Assembly: GCA_964016885.1 (NCBI GenBank)
Contig: OZ024750.1
Coordinates: 31,930,001-31,994,000, forward strand
Direction of reading: 5' to 3'
Origin: Eledone cirrhosa
Lineage: Eukaryota
Length of the DNA stretch: 64,000 nt
The notes below the pieces were generated by a model that saw nothing but the letters and a program-made list of their open reading frames with translations, did no database searches and was not told the origin of the DNA. The position numbers were made by a program, and so were the translations under genes. The first letter of the stretch is position 1, and the number at the start of each line of letters is the position of its first letter. This document shows, in pieces, positions 30,766-46,255 of the stretch.

Positions 30766-31046
30766 CAATATATTAACAAATGGAAACTATATTTATAAAG
30801 CCATATTTACTTCATTATACATATTTATTTATAAAACTGATCTATATTATATTTTATCTGATGAAAGCGCACCATAATTTGCTTTGGTGTCCTTGAAATA
30901 TGTATAATGAAATAAATATGGTTTTATAAATATAGTTTCCATTTGTTAATATATTGTATTTTTACTCCAAAAATGTGTTGAGTGCTTTATATCAGTTATA
31001 AAAATATTTGCTTGTTGTATCCCAACAAATTAAATATAACTTGCAC
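30763..31046. mobile_element. HHR-bearing PLE-end mini-element (family H1)
   Basis: Arms 30763-30826 and 30896-30959 are inverted; tail homologous to 16319-16403; (TA)n on both sides. Confidence 0.8.
30850..30914 (+). ncRNA. Type I hammerhead ribozyme motif
   Basis: tattttat-CTGATGA-aagcgcacca...tggtgtcctt-GAAA-tatgta-TA-atgaaata. Confidence 0.85.
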
Positions 31047-31099
31047 ATATATATATATATTTATATATACTTACATATATATATATATACATTTATATA

Positions 31100-31145
<46 letters not shown>

Positions 31146-31215
31146 TATACATGCTTACACACTTACAAATATATATATATATAACATTTTCCTATATATA
31201 TATACATGGAAATTG

Positions 31216-31268
<53 letters not shown>

Positions 31269-31319
31269 ACATTTTTTTATATATATATTTATATATATAT
31301 ATATATATACATATATATC

Positions 31320-31510
31320 GGAAAGTGTTCAAGACTCCGACGGCAGAGCTCAAGCCGTTTCTGGACTGAGTCCAGAATTAGCCGACGAAACGGCTTGAGC
31401 TGTGCCGTCGGGCTCTTGAACATTTTCCTATTACTCACTCTACTAACCTAAGTATTGAATACTCTGGTGCCATATGGTCCACCTGCTTCCTTACCACACT
31501 TTCTTCGTTA
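31320..31510. mobile_element. Inverted-arm PLE-end mini-element (GAAACGGC family)
   Basis: Arms 31320-31361 and 31387-31428; GAAACGGC-ttgagctgt-GCCGTC fits HHR stem III plus a GUC site; the CTGANGA half is absent. Confidence 0.65.
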
Positions 31511-31644
31511 TATATATATATATATATATATATACAGACCTATATGAATACACACGCTTACACACATACAAATATATATCACAAAATACACATATATATA
31601 TCCAGTGGTGAACCTCAAACCTGAATATATATATATATATATAC

Positions 31645-31705
<61 letters not shown>

Positions 31706-31795
31706 CATATATATATATATATACATAAACATATATATACATATTTATATATATATTTGTATGTGTGTAAGCGTGTGTATTCATATAGGTATGTA

Positions 31796-31843
<48 letters not shown>

Positions 31844-32214
31844 TACAGACTTATATGAATACGCAGGCTTATCGTAATCATCTCTGTGCAACACACCCTC
31901 AGTTACAATACAAAAAGAAATTTAATAACTATCTACGTTAGTATACTAATAGTTAGGGTGTGGCTAAGCAATTAGATCCATAGGAGTAATTACCAAATTA
32001 TTTTACATGTTGGTCTAAATTAAAGGTTTATATTTTCTAAAAGATTTTACAGTTTTTGTGACTATAACAAAAATTCCTTTCTGAAACTTTAATGAAAGTC
32101 GTTATTTTGACGGAATATATTTGTATGAGAATTTATTCCAAATATATAGTTACATTTTGCGTGATTGAATTTTTGAGCCTCATATCAGAGATATTGCTGG
32201 ATATGTTTTCCCTT

Positions 32215-32640
32215 TTTCTGGGTTCGGTTTACATATATAACTTGTTCAAAACAGGATCGTATTAAACATATAATTCGTTCAAGACTGATTATCAATGTCT
32301 CAATAACTTGTTTAAAACAGGTTCGGAATAAATATATATCTTGTTCAAAACAGGTTCGGTATACATATATAAATTGTTTAATCTTTCCCTTTAATTTCCC
32401 CCTTTTAATATCTTTCCACCACTCCCCTAACACCCTCTGAACCCTTTTCCTTCCCACTTTTCTCCTCAAGCGTGAATCAAATATTAACACTTTCTACTGC
32501 ACTTTTCGTTATTGTTTTTGTGATTTTATTTTAACTACTATAACTTGTTTTAATCGTTTCGAAATAAATATATAACTCCTTTAAAACACGGTCAAAATAC
32601 GTATATTACTTGTTTAAAACACTTTATATAATTTATTTAA
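32215..32640 (+). repeat. Degenerate about 31-bp minisatellite
   Basis: Recurrent atatataacttgttcaaaacaggttcgg-like units in two clusters. Confidence 0.7.
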
Positions 32641-32922
32641 AGCGTATTCAGAAAGGAGTATGCATGAGGCACACGTATGACATTTTGGTTTGTTCTCCAT
32701 ATTAGTAAACCAACATTTTCGTTAAATTCTTTTAACGCTGCAAACTGGGTTTGTTGTGAAAGAGATTACCGTGATATCTACTGTGTCTAGTGTGTCTGAA
32801 AGATGAGTGTTGAGCAAATTTCTGCGAAATAGAATAAGGTATTTTAATAGAGCTTCTGTTGAAATATATGTATATAAAAATATTATTTACATAAATATAC
32901 ATAAGCATGTGTGCGCATATAT

Positions 32923-32995
<73 letters not shown>

Positions 32996-33350
32996 TATAT
33001 ATTTATTAAAATAACAGATTAAAGTTTAAGCAAAGAATCGCTGCTTTCACCCTATATATATAAATATATATATATATGTATAAATATAAATATATATATA
33101 TATATATATATATGTTCCATATCACAACCTTAATAAACACCCTCTTTACGTGTGAAATATAAAAAATATAAATCAAATACTGAAAATATATATACGACCC
33201 GACTAAGATTCTTTTGTAGCCATATAAACTATGGCTTTTCTCTACAAATAATTGGTTAATTATGATTGGATTACTTTGTCATTGCATTAATTAATATTCT
33301 ATATATATTTTAATCGTTTTTAATTTCATGTTATCTGATTATATGGTATA

Positions 33351-33536
33351 CAGTGAAATTCTGTTGTAATGTAACGAAATTCCCGGGGTATAAAAAATTG
33401 TTACTAAAAATTCTTTATAACGAGATTGACCGACACAAATTGAGCGTTTGTTTTTTATTACCTCGGGGTTTGAATAAATGTTCCTTATACTGAAAAATTC
33501 GTTATAATAGTATTCGATATAACGGAATTTTACCTG
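33351..33536. mobile_element. pogo/Tigger- or Tc1-type MITE
   Basis: TA|CAGTGAAATTCTGTT...AACGGAATTTTACCTG|TA imperfect TIRs with TA flanks; internal ttcgttataa repeats. Confidence 0.7.
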
Positions 33537-35662
33537 TACTACATTTTCAATTTATTTTGACCTTATATTTTTACAATATTTGCGAATGTATTTTCTGAGA
33601 GGAAATGTAATTTAATTTTACGAATACTGTTTTTACCTTAATTACGAATACCTTATTCTTCAATTCACTTTCTTTATTGTATGATATACCCCCTTTCTTT
33701 CCTGTAATTACCATTCATCTCTTTCAAAAAAAATAATAATAATATATATATATATCAAGAATAAAACCAATTATTGTTTTTCAAATACAGATAGGAGTCT
33801 GCTTATATTTCGTAAGTCACACAAGTAAATTAAAACGATTAATTACCTGTCTGGTTTAAAAACAGGAATATTCAAGAGGGAACACATAAACAACCACCGA
33901 AAGGTATAGCCTTTGGCACTCTATTAAGATTGTTATGCACTAGTGAATTATATTAAAAATAATTGTTTCTACTTTTGGCACCAGGCCAGCAATTAACCAG
34001 TACATTACTGGTACTTTATTTTATCGACCCCGTAAGGATGAAAGGCAAAGTTAAAATAATAATTGCTATTGTTATTGGTAGATCCTTTAGAACGTTAGAA
34101 AAAAATTGCTTTGAAAAAATTCAATTATAATTCTCACATACTAGTTTCCGATCAGGACATGGTAATTATTGTATTTCATCCTCCTGTTGTCTGCAGATTA
34201 AAGTACCAATCAAGTAGTTGTGTCGTTTTAATTGACTTTCATTCCGCCAAAAGTGCTAGCCTTGCGCTAACTCATCAACAGGGGGCTATAACATGGGCAT
34301 GTTATAAAGAAATATGGAGAGTTATGTTGAAATTAAATGTGTGATAATCTTCCACCATTTCATGATTCAACTAGACCAATATAGCTATTACGTTGACCAT
34401 TCGGAATAATTTAAATATATATTCTTATTCCCGGAAGAGAACATTCAAAACTACCTGTCTTTAAATCTAAGTATTACGACGGCTACTTCAGACACACATT
34501 CGCATGCATAATATTATAAAATATTCCAGTGCGTAAAAGGAATAGTGAATATATTTACACAAGGTTTATAATAAAAGAAGGTTTCAATTTTGAAATTATG
34601 GGAGAGCTACAACGGGTATGCCTTTGAGCATATGTTTTGTCCGTCAGAGCCGACATACGGTGTGGGATGGATTTAAACTACAAACATAAGCGTTCAAGAG
34701 CCGAGAAGAGAGCTTTAGCTTCATAACTCAATCTCTTAACAAAAACAATCATATTACCTCTTCTATCACATACAATAATTTTAAATAAGAAGGTGTTATA
34801 TTCAATAATGTGAGACGATAAATTGAGCCGTGAGAAAGTCTGTGTTATGTGTTATTATATGACCACCTTGCCACGCTCTGGGCTTTGAGTTCAAATGCAA
34901 CTATATCAGTTTTGCATTTCGCCATCCCAGGATCAAGACAGAGTACAAGTAATTAACTCATTCGGATACCTGCCAGTGGAATGAGTGGGGAGTATGTTTG
35001 ACCATTAACAGCGCAGACTTTCCCCAAAATCACAACATGTTTCCAATGAAACCGAAAACTGACATGCCAATGGAGCCAGCCAAGGAGACACTGATTGATA
35101 TGCAGCATTGACCGAAACGGAAATACTAAAATATAAACAAAACAGTATATTACACATACATCGAGATGGCAACAACTGGAATACATTTCCTTATAGATCT
35201 ACTGAATTAGGACTGACCTGTAACTCAGGAATGGCCATTACAATACACGTACTTTTAGTTTTGTAAATTGAGTAAACACAATCTAAATATATTGGCAGGT
35301 TCCGAGATATAAAACATCGTGGGTTTTGGCTGGTAGCCAAATACCTTATCAATATGTTTATAACATAACGTTTGTGTTTGATAATACACACGATATTTAT
35401 TGATACTTTTGTCTCTCTGCAGTAATATAATCACATGGGTTATATTCTGAGAATGTTTAATGTGCATCTTTTTATGCCTAAGCGAACTGAAGCTTATTGA
35501 TTCACTGAAAAATTAAATATATGTTAACATGCCTACAAAATACATTTTATATATTGACGCAAGACAAAACACATACACACAAACACAAACAAAGACACAC
35601 GTACACATAAATATATAGTCACACACAATCATAAACAGAAATACACACATATATACACATAC

Positions 35663-35703
<41 letters not shown>

Positions 35704-36261
35704 CATATATATATATACAAATATACATATATATATATGTTTGTGTTTGTGTGCGTGTATCTACAAATAAATAGATAGATAGATAGATACAAAATGTTTA
35801 TTCATAAGTTTTTATTAGATTTCTAACCAAAATAGATAAAATACTTTGTGTATAGTTTTGAAAATATGAATTTGATATATTTATAATAGAAAATCTGGTA
35901 AATATTACGAAAACTTTGTTTGAAATATTATTGATTTCAAAATTGGCAGAGGAATGGCCATTTGAAAAGCTTGTGTTATTTTAGTCGACTACACTAATTA
36001 TTGAATTAGTAGGAACCCAAACTGATGTTTTGTAGAAGGTGCAAAGAATTTTTCCCCGAACCCTATGTGTAGCATGGAATCTAACTAAATATTGAGAAAT
36101 ATTCGTATAGTAATCATATCACAAGAATATAAAATCACTGCGCAGATACAATTTAATTATATTTGGTAATATTTACCGGACCAAAATTGACATTCCGAAG
36201 TCGATAAAATGAAGTATCAATCAAGTAATCAGGTATTTCCAGTAACATATACACACCGTCG

Positions 36262-36570
36262 TGTGGATGCTGCCTGGCCGGTTGGTTAGGTGGATCACTT
36301 GGCAATCATTAGATCTAGGTTTCGATCCAACTACGAGATATCTTGATCAACTGATATTTACTATAGTTTCAGGTCAGCCCATACCATTTGAGTGATCCTG
36401 GCGAGACTTAAGCTGTTTGTAATACTGTCCGACGGTACAAAGTGTCACGCTGAACCAATAACTCTGTGGCATGCTCAGTTACGTTCGGAATAAGTTCAAA
36501 GAACTAAAGCATGCATCGTTGTGACAGATGGAGGTCCATTTACCCACCCTAAAAATAGCTGATTTGGGGG
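36262..36570 (+). mobile_element. Old tRNA-derived SINE, family C
   Basis: Degenerate A/B boxes (tggccggttggttagg; ggtttcgatcc); related reverse copies at about 13630-13760 and 37450-37572. Confidence 0.5.
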
Positions 36571-36641
36571 CAATATTTGAAATACTGGTTCTATTTCTGA
36601 TTCTACTAAATTCCATGACTATTATGTACTATTATGTAGAC

Positions 36642-37272
36642 CAAAGGTTCTCAACCCATTTCGGTCAAAAATGTTGCCCCTCAAAATCACGAAACGCCCC
36701 CAACCCTATTTTTACATTTTTCAATATACTACTGATTTTAATATCAGTAGATTACTGGGCCAAATTATGTTATGCTAGGATCTTTAAAAAAGATCTTTAA
36801 AAAATACCCGTACGAAGTAAATACAAAAAAGTTTCAGTCCAAAACAAAAGCAAGCTATTTCAAATTGCATATTTATAAAAAAAAGACGTGAATGTTCTCA
36901 AAGATTTGATCTCAGTTGAAAAAGGTCTTTTTTTTTAACTGGTGAAAATAAGGTGGTGAGCTGGTGGAGCCGTGAACACATCTGGCGAAATGCTTAGCAG
37001 TACTTCCTCCGTTTTACGTTCCGAGTTCAAATTCCGCCGATCTCAACTTTGCTTTTCATCCTTTTTGGGTCGATAAATAAAGTACCAGTTGTCAATCCAC
37101 GGGACCCTAAACCCTAAACATCATGCCTTGTGCCTATAGTAGAAATGATTATAACTGGTGAAAATCATCAACTACCACCACGTTTGGCACACTGTGCCTC
37201 TCCTCCTGGACGTAATGGCCCTTTTATGTCCTTCAGTTTGAGACCCCTGTTCTACACACACACACACACATA

Positions 37273-37322
<50 letters not shown>

Positions 37323-38264
37323 CACTTTATTAATTTTCTGTCTCTGGACTACGCCCATGCTGGAGCATCACCTTTGTTAGTTATGGGGACGTCAAAAAAC
37401 TAACAAGCATTGGTGGGAGAGCAAACACAAACGCAAAGACACACAGAGACATATATACGACACGCTTCTTTTAGTTTCGGTCTATCAAATCCACTCACAG
37501 GGCTTTGGTCGGCTCAGGCAGTGGGACTGTACCCGGAAACATGTGGTTGGGAAGCAAGCTTCTTGTCACACTGTGTGTGTTATCAAATTAACAATGAAAA
37601 TGAAAAGAATAAAGTCAAGTTACTTTATAACTTTGTTTTTATTTTTATTATTAATTTAATACCTAATATCTGACTGTATCTAAAGAATTAATTCAGCGAA
37701 ACTCAGAATTTCCCTATGGATTTTACAAGACTACATTGAGTTCTATCCAGAGGTGGATCAGACTGAAAAAAGAAAAGTGTAGTGCGGTGCGGTGCGATCT
37801 GTGTGTGTGTGTAATATATATATATAAATCTACATACATACAAATATAAATACATACTATGTATATAGCTATTCATTTATACATTTGTATATATACATGT
37901 AAGCTCTACATGGCTGAATACAATAAATGTAATCTGAGTTTTTGGAATATTAATAATAACATTCGATTTGTTTGCAATTATGTAAACAAACCTCCATTTT
38001 AGAGCCATGTCAGTAGAAATGAACACTTCATTCTTGCTCTTGTGTTGGCATGCGAACAGAATTGCAGACACTAATGTTTCTGGGTATCACACTTCATCAG
38101 TACAACTCACTGTTCACCTGCCAAACTGTCAGAGCTAGTGAAAATATATGCTAAATACACAGTGACTGATCGGCCTGATTTGCATATATTTGAAAATAGC
38201 CTATCTGGAGCTTAGACCCCCCCCCTCCCCTACGGGGGCATATGCCCCCCGTTGAGAACCTTTG
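36642..38264. mobile_element. Non-autonomous hAT (Charlie-like) element with nested insertions
   Basis: 14-bp perfect TIRs CAAAGGTTCTCAAC / GTTGAGAACCTTTG; perfect 8-bp TSD ATGTAGAC at 36634-36641 and 38265-38272. Confidence 0.9.
38061..38106 (-). ncRNA. Minimal type I hammerhead motif
   Basis: Reverse strand: gttgta-CTGATGA-agtgtgataccca-GAAAC-attagt-GTC-tgcaat; stem II weak. Confidence 0.6.
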
Positions 38265-38696
38265 ATGTAGACGCTTATCATACCTAATTGTATATAAACA
38301 GCCACTGCTTCACCAATAAAAGTTAATATCAATGTAATAATAGGAACTAATATTACACCAAATTAATTATCTTGATTTTATTCATCCACCAAGCCAAGCA
38401 AAAGTATAATATTTATGTTCGTTGTCATAGCACATTGCCATGATAATTTAATTTATTCCATCACACACAGATACACACAAAGACATATGTACACACACAC
38501 ATATATACCCCTCTCCCCCATATATATATGAATATATATATATATAGAGAGAGGGAGAGCGAGAAAGAGAGTGGGGGAGAATCCGTGGTAGTGAGACATG
38601 TGAGACCACAAATCATGGAAATACTCAATGCATGAGGAGATGCAGAGTAGATATAGAAAGTGACATGAATCCACCCATGTACCGTTGTGGTCAGTT

Positions 38697-38808
<112 letters not shown>

Positions 38809-40631
38809 TTATATATATATATATATATGTGTGTGTGTATGTGTGCCTGTGTATGTCTGTCTGTGTTTGTCTACGTCTGTGTTTGTGTGTGTCTGTATGT
38901 GTATGTCTGTGTCTGTGTCTGTGTGTGAGTGTGTGAGTGTTTGTGTGTGTGTGTGTGTGTCTGTCTGTCTGTGCTTGTGTCTGTCTGTGTGTGTCTGTGT
39001 GCGTGTATGGGTGGCCTCCGCAAAAACTCGCCATGTTGAAGGTGTTTATATTAAACGAGGTGGCGATAAAATTTCGTAGAAAATACTATGTAGAAAATTT
39101 TGGATAAAATATTTATCCAGTTATTGTTTTCTAACCAATATCTAATTTAATTCATGTTTATTAAAATCTTGCACATAAAACGTATTTTCCAAAGGCAGTA
39201 AATATGGGCAACTACTACGTCAGAAGACCTAGCATAAAATCAATGTAGATAAAAACAAGCCTAGCTAGTGTATTTGGTTATTGATTACTTTTGACTTTAA
39301 ACAAGGAGAAATTTTGTGTAGGAGTTAAACACGTTATTTCATTCCAGAATATTATGGGTAATTATTTCATTGACCTTAGTGGAATGTACATTCCCATACC
39401 AAAGTTAAACCTATACATGTACACATATCAGTTATGAGTTCTATTTCTTCAGACAAATATACCAAGATTATCATCAGTTTAAATTCGTTTTTCTATTCAA
39501 TATAGAGAGACAATACGCAATTCAATAAAACATATACCTAATTGTCTCAAAATGCCATCTGATATGTGACCTAGCATTCACAATTCGGAATAGGTTTCAT
39601 TAAAACATTTCCATTTTCCCTAACTCTGGACATTATTTCATTCATATGGTAGATTGGCAGTATCGGTAGAGGGTCGGACGCCATGCTTTCCTCATAGTTA
39701 CGTCCCTTTACTGTCTGAGTTCAAATCCCGCCGAGGTTAACTTTGCCTTTCATCCTTACGGGGTCGATAAAATAAAGAACCAGTAATGTACTGGGTAATT
39801 GATGGCCTTGTGCCAAAAGTAGAAACAATTATTTCATTCATATATCCTTCGTGCCAGAGAAATTAGTAAAACAATAAAGAGTCATGAAAAACACACCACA
39901 GTCAGGTATTTGTTCCAAAAGTAAAACTTACTCTTTTCATCTTTTCAAATATATTGAGTTCTCATTCCCGTTATCTGGTCCCAGTTGTTTCTCGAGGTTT
40001 TGTAAAATGGACACTTTTTCTGCTATAAAAATATGTATTACAAGTAATCCAGCGAGTTCCCAAAGGGTTTTATACTCAGCAAGAACCTGATATATTCCTT
40101 GGAGGAGAGAAGGGTATCAAACGTTGGGCGACATATCACACTGTATTTGTCATACATTAATGGCGGATTAGTGGTGAACCATTCATGAGAGTAGAACCTA
40201 GAAATTCTAACACGTTTAAATGAATCCATGATTACGTTAATGTATATATAGAGCACACAAAAAACAGAAATGTTCAATATATATACATATTCTGTGAGAC
40301 ACACCAACGCATTATTTACATTCATTGAGGATTGGCAATATCGGTAGAGGGTCGGACGCTATGCTTTGCAGCATAGATTTACGGCCCTTGCCATTCTGAG
40401 TTCAAATCCCGCCGAGGTTAACTTTACCTTTCATCCTTTCGGGGTCGATGAAATAAAGTACCAGTAATGTACTGGATATTTGCTGGCCTTGTGCCAAAAG
40501 TAGAAACAATTATTTACATTCATATATATATATACATATATGTGTGTGGGTGTGTGGTGTGGGGGGGGGGGGTGGTGTATGTATATATATATATATATAT
40601 ATATGTTTATATATATATATTTATATATATA

Positions 40632-40662
<31 letters not shown>

Positions 40663-40673
40663 TTATATATATA

Positions 40674-40927
<254 letters not shown>

Positions 40928-41233
40928 TATAATAATAAAGATACAATTTATACTTATGTATATACTATAAACAACTATAAACATGAAAGGTCAGTAATTT
41001 ATTACTACCTTATTACCATATATTTTATATATGCATATATATATTAATGTATGTGTGTATATGTGTGTATGTGTACGTGTCCATGTCCATGTGTCTCAAT
41101 GTTTAGTATAATCTTTTGCAAGGGGTTTCACGAGCAAATTAGAAAGTAATTAATACTTCCTCAGAATATAAACATATGTATTAATTCGTAGTATCAAAAG
41201 CGTAACAATGGTTCATGTCATATATATATAAAA

Positions 41234-41278
41234 AGAGAGAGAGAGAGAGAGTGGGAGAGAGAGAGAGAGAGAGAGAGT

Positions 41279-41376
<98 letters not shown>

Positions 41377-41405
41377 GACAGAGAGATGTGTGTGTGTGTG
41401 TGTGT
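41234..41405. repeat. (GA)n then (GT)n microsatellite
   Basis: Direct inspection. Confidence 0.95.
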
Positions 41406-43544
41406 GCCTGTGTGTCTCCGGAAATTCTTAAAGATAGCGATATCTGTAACGTGTTTTCTAGAAAATAGGGATATACATTTCAATATATATCAAGGAGATA
41501 ATATGTTACTGCACCACATATATCTTTCTGTTATTGTTATCAGTACAAATTCCTGCATCCCAGTAAGAGATTTTTGTTTTATTCTTTTGTGTACGGGGTA
41601 CTTCTTTCGTGAAAGAATCGGCCAGAGGACATACTTAATAGTTGTTCATCCCGGTTGATCTGTACGTCATCAATAGGGTTACTTGGGCTGTTGTGTTATG
41701 TTAAGAAATTAGAAGTTGTGAGTGTAAGGCAAAACTCTACTAAGGAAAGTTAAATACAATATCCAAGGCTCATCAAAATGTTTACAATTAAACTGTAACG
41801 TGTTCTGATATGGCTAATGGTCTAACAATTTTTAGCTCATGATCATGTAATTGATGGGGTTAACTAATATACAGCGTGTGTCACAAAGAATAATCTAAAA
41901 AAAATGGAGCTGAAAGTCATGTAAAAATTGTGAATATCTGTATAACAATATATAAAAGTTATAGAAAGGAATAAAAGTCCATATTCAGATATATATTGTA
42001 CAAGTTACCGCGTGATTATAGGCATTTGGAATCGAATTATTATATTTTATTCACCCTGTACTTCCTTCATTTTCTATCTGTACGTTGTCATAGTTTTATT
42101 TGAATTAGTTACGATGTTATGGATACTATCTCAATCGCGTGGGTTGTACTTATTATGAAAGATCGGTCTGAATAGAAATACAATCAATTAAAGTTGTCAA
42201 CTAGATGAAATAGCCAATCATTTTTTTAGCTGTTTTCATCCAGTGTTTACTATTATGAAGCTATCCAAACGTTTTGGTCTGCCATATGTTTATTTTCAAT
42301 ATTTGACCACTGATCAGTAATGTTACTCTGACAGCTGCAATGGTTCAAGTGGAGGTATTATATTAATGTTTGTACTGTGGTTATTTTTAGTCATGTTATA
42401 TGAATTTCCCTTAACAAGATATTTGTAAATAATCGGAAAGACAAAATATAAAGGTGAAATGAACGCGCAAATGTTGAAAACATTATAAACAAGCATATGA
42501 AGAAATTGATATTTGGACTACAATATAATGATTTATCAAATTATGAATCAAGAAATTAATTTAAAAGCATCAAATGATGGATATACATCAATAAACTTAC
42601 AACCCATAGTTATAGAATATTTCTAAGTTTGATAATGAAATAAAATATAAGATGCGTTTTATAAAGAATGCCTCGATAAATAGAAAATGAACAATCTTAA
42701 AAACGAGAAAAAAGATAACCCAATTAAGAAATATATTTTAACTATTTTGTTACAAGTAACTTCAAGAAAGAAATCTATGAAAAATATTACAAATGTAGAA
42801 AAAATATAAAACTTATAAATATGTGTATGTATGTATGAGGGTCCTAATAAATTATAACACCTGAAAACACATTCTCATTTGAATCACATCCCCGTACTTA
42901 TTATTTCTTTTCATTCATAATTTATGATGGAGAGAAGAAAGAAAGAGAGAGAGTGTGTGTGTGTGATAAAGAGATTGCGAGAAAGAGATATAGGGGAGAC
43001 ATTGACCTCAGTACTAGGCAAGTACATATTATCACAACCTTGTAATGATTTGAACTGAAAGCGTACAAAGCTGGAACGACTATCGTAAAGTAAGCTTCCA
43101 ACGTTATAACAACTGTACTAATTCGCCGCTCTTTAATATCTTATACTCAGATTGATAAATGGTTAATCCAATCATTTAGTTTCCTGTATTTAGCATTGCA
43201 GGAATATTATATTATTTCCATGAAAATTGTTACGCGTCAGATTATGTGAAACCTATGTTATTTATAATTCAAACATACTGATATTTTCCTTGATATTACA
43301 TACACCCTATCCAGTTCATTTCCTTCAGAAAATCGTTTACGCCATCTTCAGAAGCCTCTTGGTTGTTTTACTTAGGTTTAACACACAATTTAATGTTGTA
43401 ACGTCGTTCCAGGTTTCCCTGCATCTTGCTACGTATTAACAGATCGGCGAATCGGGTCACACTGGATCCATCATGCACAACGTTCCGTACCAACCAAGTC
43501 ATATAGAAGTTTGCCAGTTAGTCAATTAATACCTTATATATATA

Positions 43545-43915
43545 TAGGCGCGTGGCTTAGTGATTAGAGCGTCGGATTCACAATCGTTAGCTCGATTCCT
43601 GAATCGGTTGATACGAGGTATTCTTGGGCAAGACATTTTATTTTACGTTGACCCAGTTAACTCAGCTGTAGAAATGTGTTGCGACGTCAATGGTTCCAAG
43701 CTCTCTCCGCCTTAGCCTTTCTAATAGACAACATTAATGGCATGGAGATGGGTGACCGGTATGTATGGAAGACTGCAGGTCTCACACAAAAACCTATGGT
43801 GATTTCTTTCCAGGGGAGATCCCTTATATGTGAAAACACCTTGCCCGGACTTGTGCCTCAGTAGGAAAAGTTTCTGGGTACAAGTCCATTGGTCATTTGT
43901 GACCGTAGCAGAGGA
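43545..43915 (+). mobile_element. tRNA-derived SINE, family B head with a longer tail
   Basis: aggcgcgtggcttagtgattagagc...ttcttgggcaagacattttattttacgttgacccagttaactcagctgtagaaatg. Confidence 0.75.
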
Positions 43916-45794
43916 GGGGGGGGGGGGGGCATTTTATATCTACTTCATCAACATACACTAGCATTCTAATTGAATGATATTTAATGCCTCTCCTGAAAGT
44001 TTCGCATTAAGTATTAAACATACTTCGCATTTATAGTAGAGGATGGCGACTACAAATTTCCCTCGTATTTATAGTTTATTTCCTGGTTGTACTGTCTTAG
44101 AGATTGTAATAATATCGTTGTTTCTTTCCCTATAAACAGTCAGAAATTATCAAATCTTAAAATAAACTGCTATATTTGGTTCAAACATTCCGGAACTAGC
44201 TACTGCAATCATAATCTTAATGAACATTGAAATTGCAATCCTATCACTGCATTGGTGTAAAATAAATCAGTATTCTGGTATAAGTTACATTTCTGTCCGA
44301 TATCAGTTTCTTTGTCTATGAATATTACTTACGGATTTTTCAGTTCTATGGAGCAAAGAATAAAAACTGGTTTATTGTTGAATGTTGTATTTCTCTCTTT
44401 AGGGAAACCCGGTTCAAATTTTGCCGGGATTAATTAAATGACTATCAGTAATCTGCCCTCTTTGATTTAAACAACTTGAATGGAATATTTAGATATTTTA
44501 ATCATTCAGTTTTCTCATAAAGTTAAACAAATGTTCTTCACTTTCTATTTCAAACATAATAGTTTTCACAATTTACTCATATTTATCATTAAATTACGTA
44601 AAAAGTTAAATAAGATGGAGAAAACGTAAATTGATAATAGAAAATATAAAAATATAATTCTTTGCGTTTTATGCTACACGTATCCTCTCCAAAATTATCC
44701 GCCAACTGTCTTTAATAGGAATCAATATAGGTTACCACTCCGCTGTTAATGTTATTGATGTATCAATTTTTTTCTATGAAAGTCCCACTCGGTAGTGTGA
44801 TAATCTTTGAAAATATTTTAACAAACAACCACAATAACGACTGACATAGATATGGAACCGAAGGTGATAATGTAATATTGATTTCCAATGATTATTTCAG
44901 CATTATCTAAAGACAATAGGAAAAAATAATTTATATCATTGACAATTGTAACAGAAAAACGAACAGCAATGACACGTTTTATCATCAGAAAGAAAGAAAT
45001 TTAAGATAACCGAAGAAAATATTTTATCATCAACACGTAAAAGAAATAACAATAGAAGTATGGTGAGTTAATAGAGTGGTGGTGGGGAAGTACATACAAA
45101 TAACTGAAATTATGATGTGAACGACTGAAGAATTATTATATAAATGAATAAATGAAGGGAAGGAAATTGAATAGAAATATGCAAAAAAGACATGTATTAC
45201 TACATAGTTTTCATTGTAAATTATATTTAGATAAGAGTAATTCCTAAATTTACTGTTATCTAAAGACAATAATAAGAAAGATTTCAGAAAATGAAGATTA
45301 GTTTTATTTTTTATGCAGCATTGTAATTGAATATCCAGTTGTTGTATATTTTTTGTTAGCTCGGTTAAAGTTATAATTAATGTCACGTAGGTTAGCTTCT
45401 CCAGACAGCCAGTAGAATTTTATAATCTCTGTAGCCACTTAACAAAGCAAGGTTGCTTAAATAAATAATTAGGTGATTAAATGTACTCATTTAATATTGA
45501 CTGAGGAGATTTACTTGGAACTTCATTTATTTAAAATATTTACAATAAACGAGTTTAGTTCAGAGCTAGTCATGCGATGTGTGTCGATGTAGGAACAGAT
45601 TCATTGAAGAAATTGATCCAAATATAATGTGGAAAACATATATAAAAATTAAACTGACATCTCAAAACCATTTCTTGTGTTTGCAAATCGAAACGTACGT
45701 CAACAACTATCCACTCTTCTAAATACAAGCTTGTGCATATATATTGATATATTTATGCATAAGGGAGCGCTACCTGAGGTGTTTGTATTGTTCT

Positions 45795-46255
45795 CTTCTT
45801 CTCCACCCACTTATTCATGAGAGGATCATGGGGGCAGAGTCCTCAAGTTCTCCCACCAACGGATCCTGTCTGAAACAAACGTCTTCAAATGATCCGGGTG
45901 GTTCCCCACGCGAGACCAGTCGACTTCATGGATGTTATCTAACCATCTTGGTCGGGGTCTACGCCTGCGTCTCCTCCCGGCTGGTTTTGCCCGTAAAATC
46001 TGTCCGGCGTGTCTTTCCTGAGACATTTTAACCACATGTCCATAGTATTGGAGCTATGAACTCTCAATTCGGTGAAGTAGCGGTTCTTCATGGAGTACTT
46101 CTCTGATCTCCGAGCTGCGCACTTTATTGACTAAAGTACTCTACAAAGACCCTTCGGAGGAATCCTATTTCCGCTGCTTTTATTCGCGATAGTATTTTTT
46201 CGGTCATTACCCAAGATTCATGACCATATGTAATGGTTGGCACAAAAGCCGAATT
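45795..46255 (-). mobile_element. RTE-clade (Expander/Rex3-like) LINE 3' fragment
   Basis: YGHESWVMTEKILSRIKAAEIGFLRRV...VRSSEIREVL...YYGHVVKMSQERHAGQILRAKPAGRRRRRRPRPRWLDNI, with frameshifts. Confidence 0.85.

Noticed and set aside
39925-40090. Minus-strand AG...GTAAG exon-like interval
   Set aside because: Stops in all frames tested and no recognisable domain.
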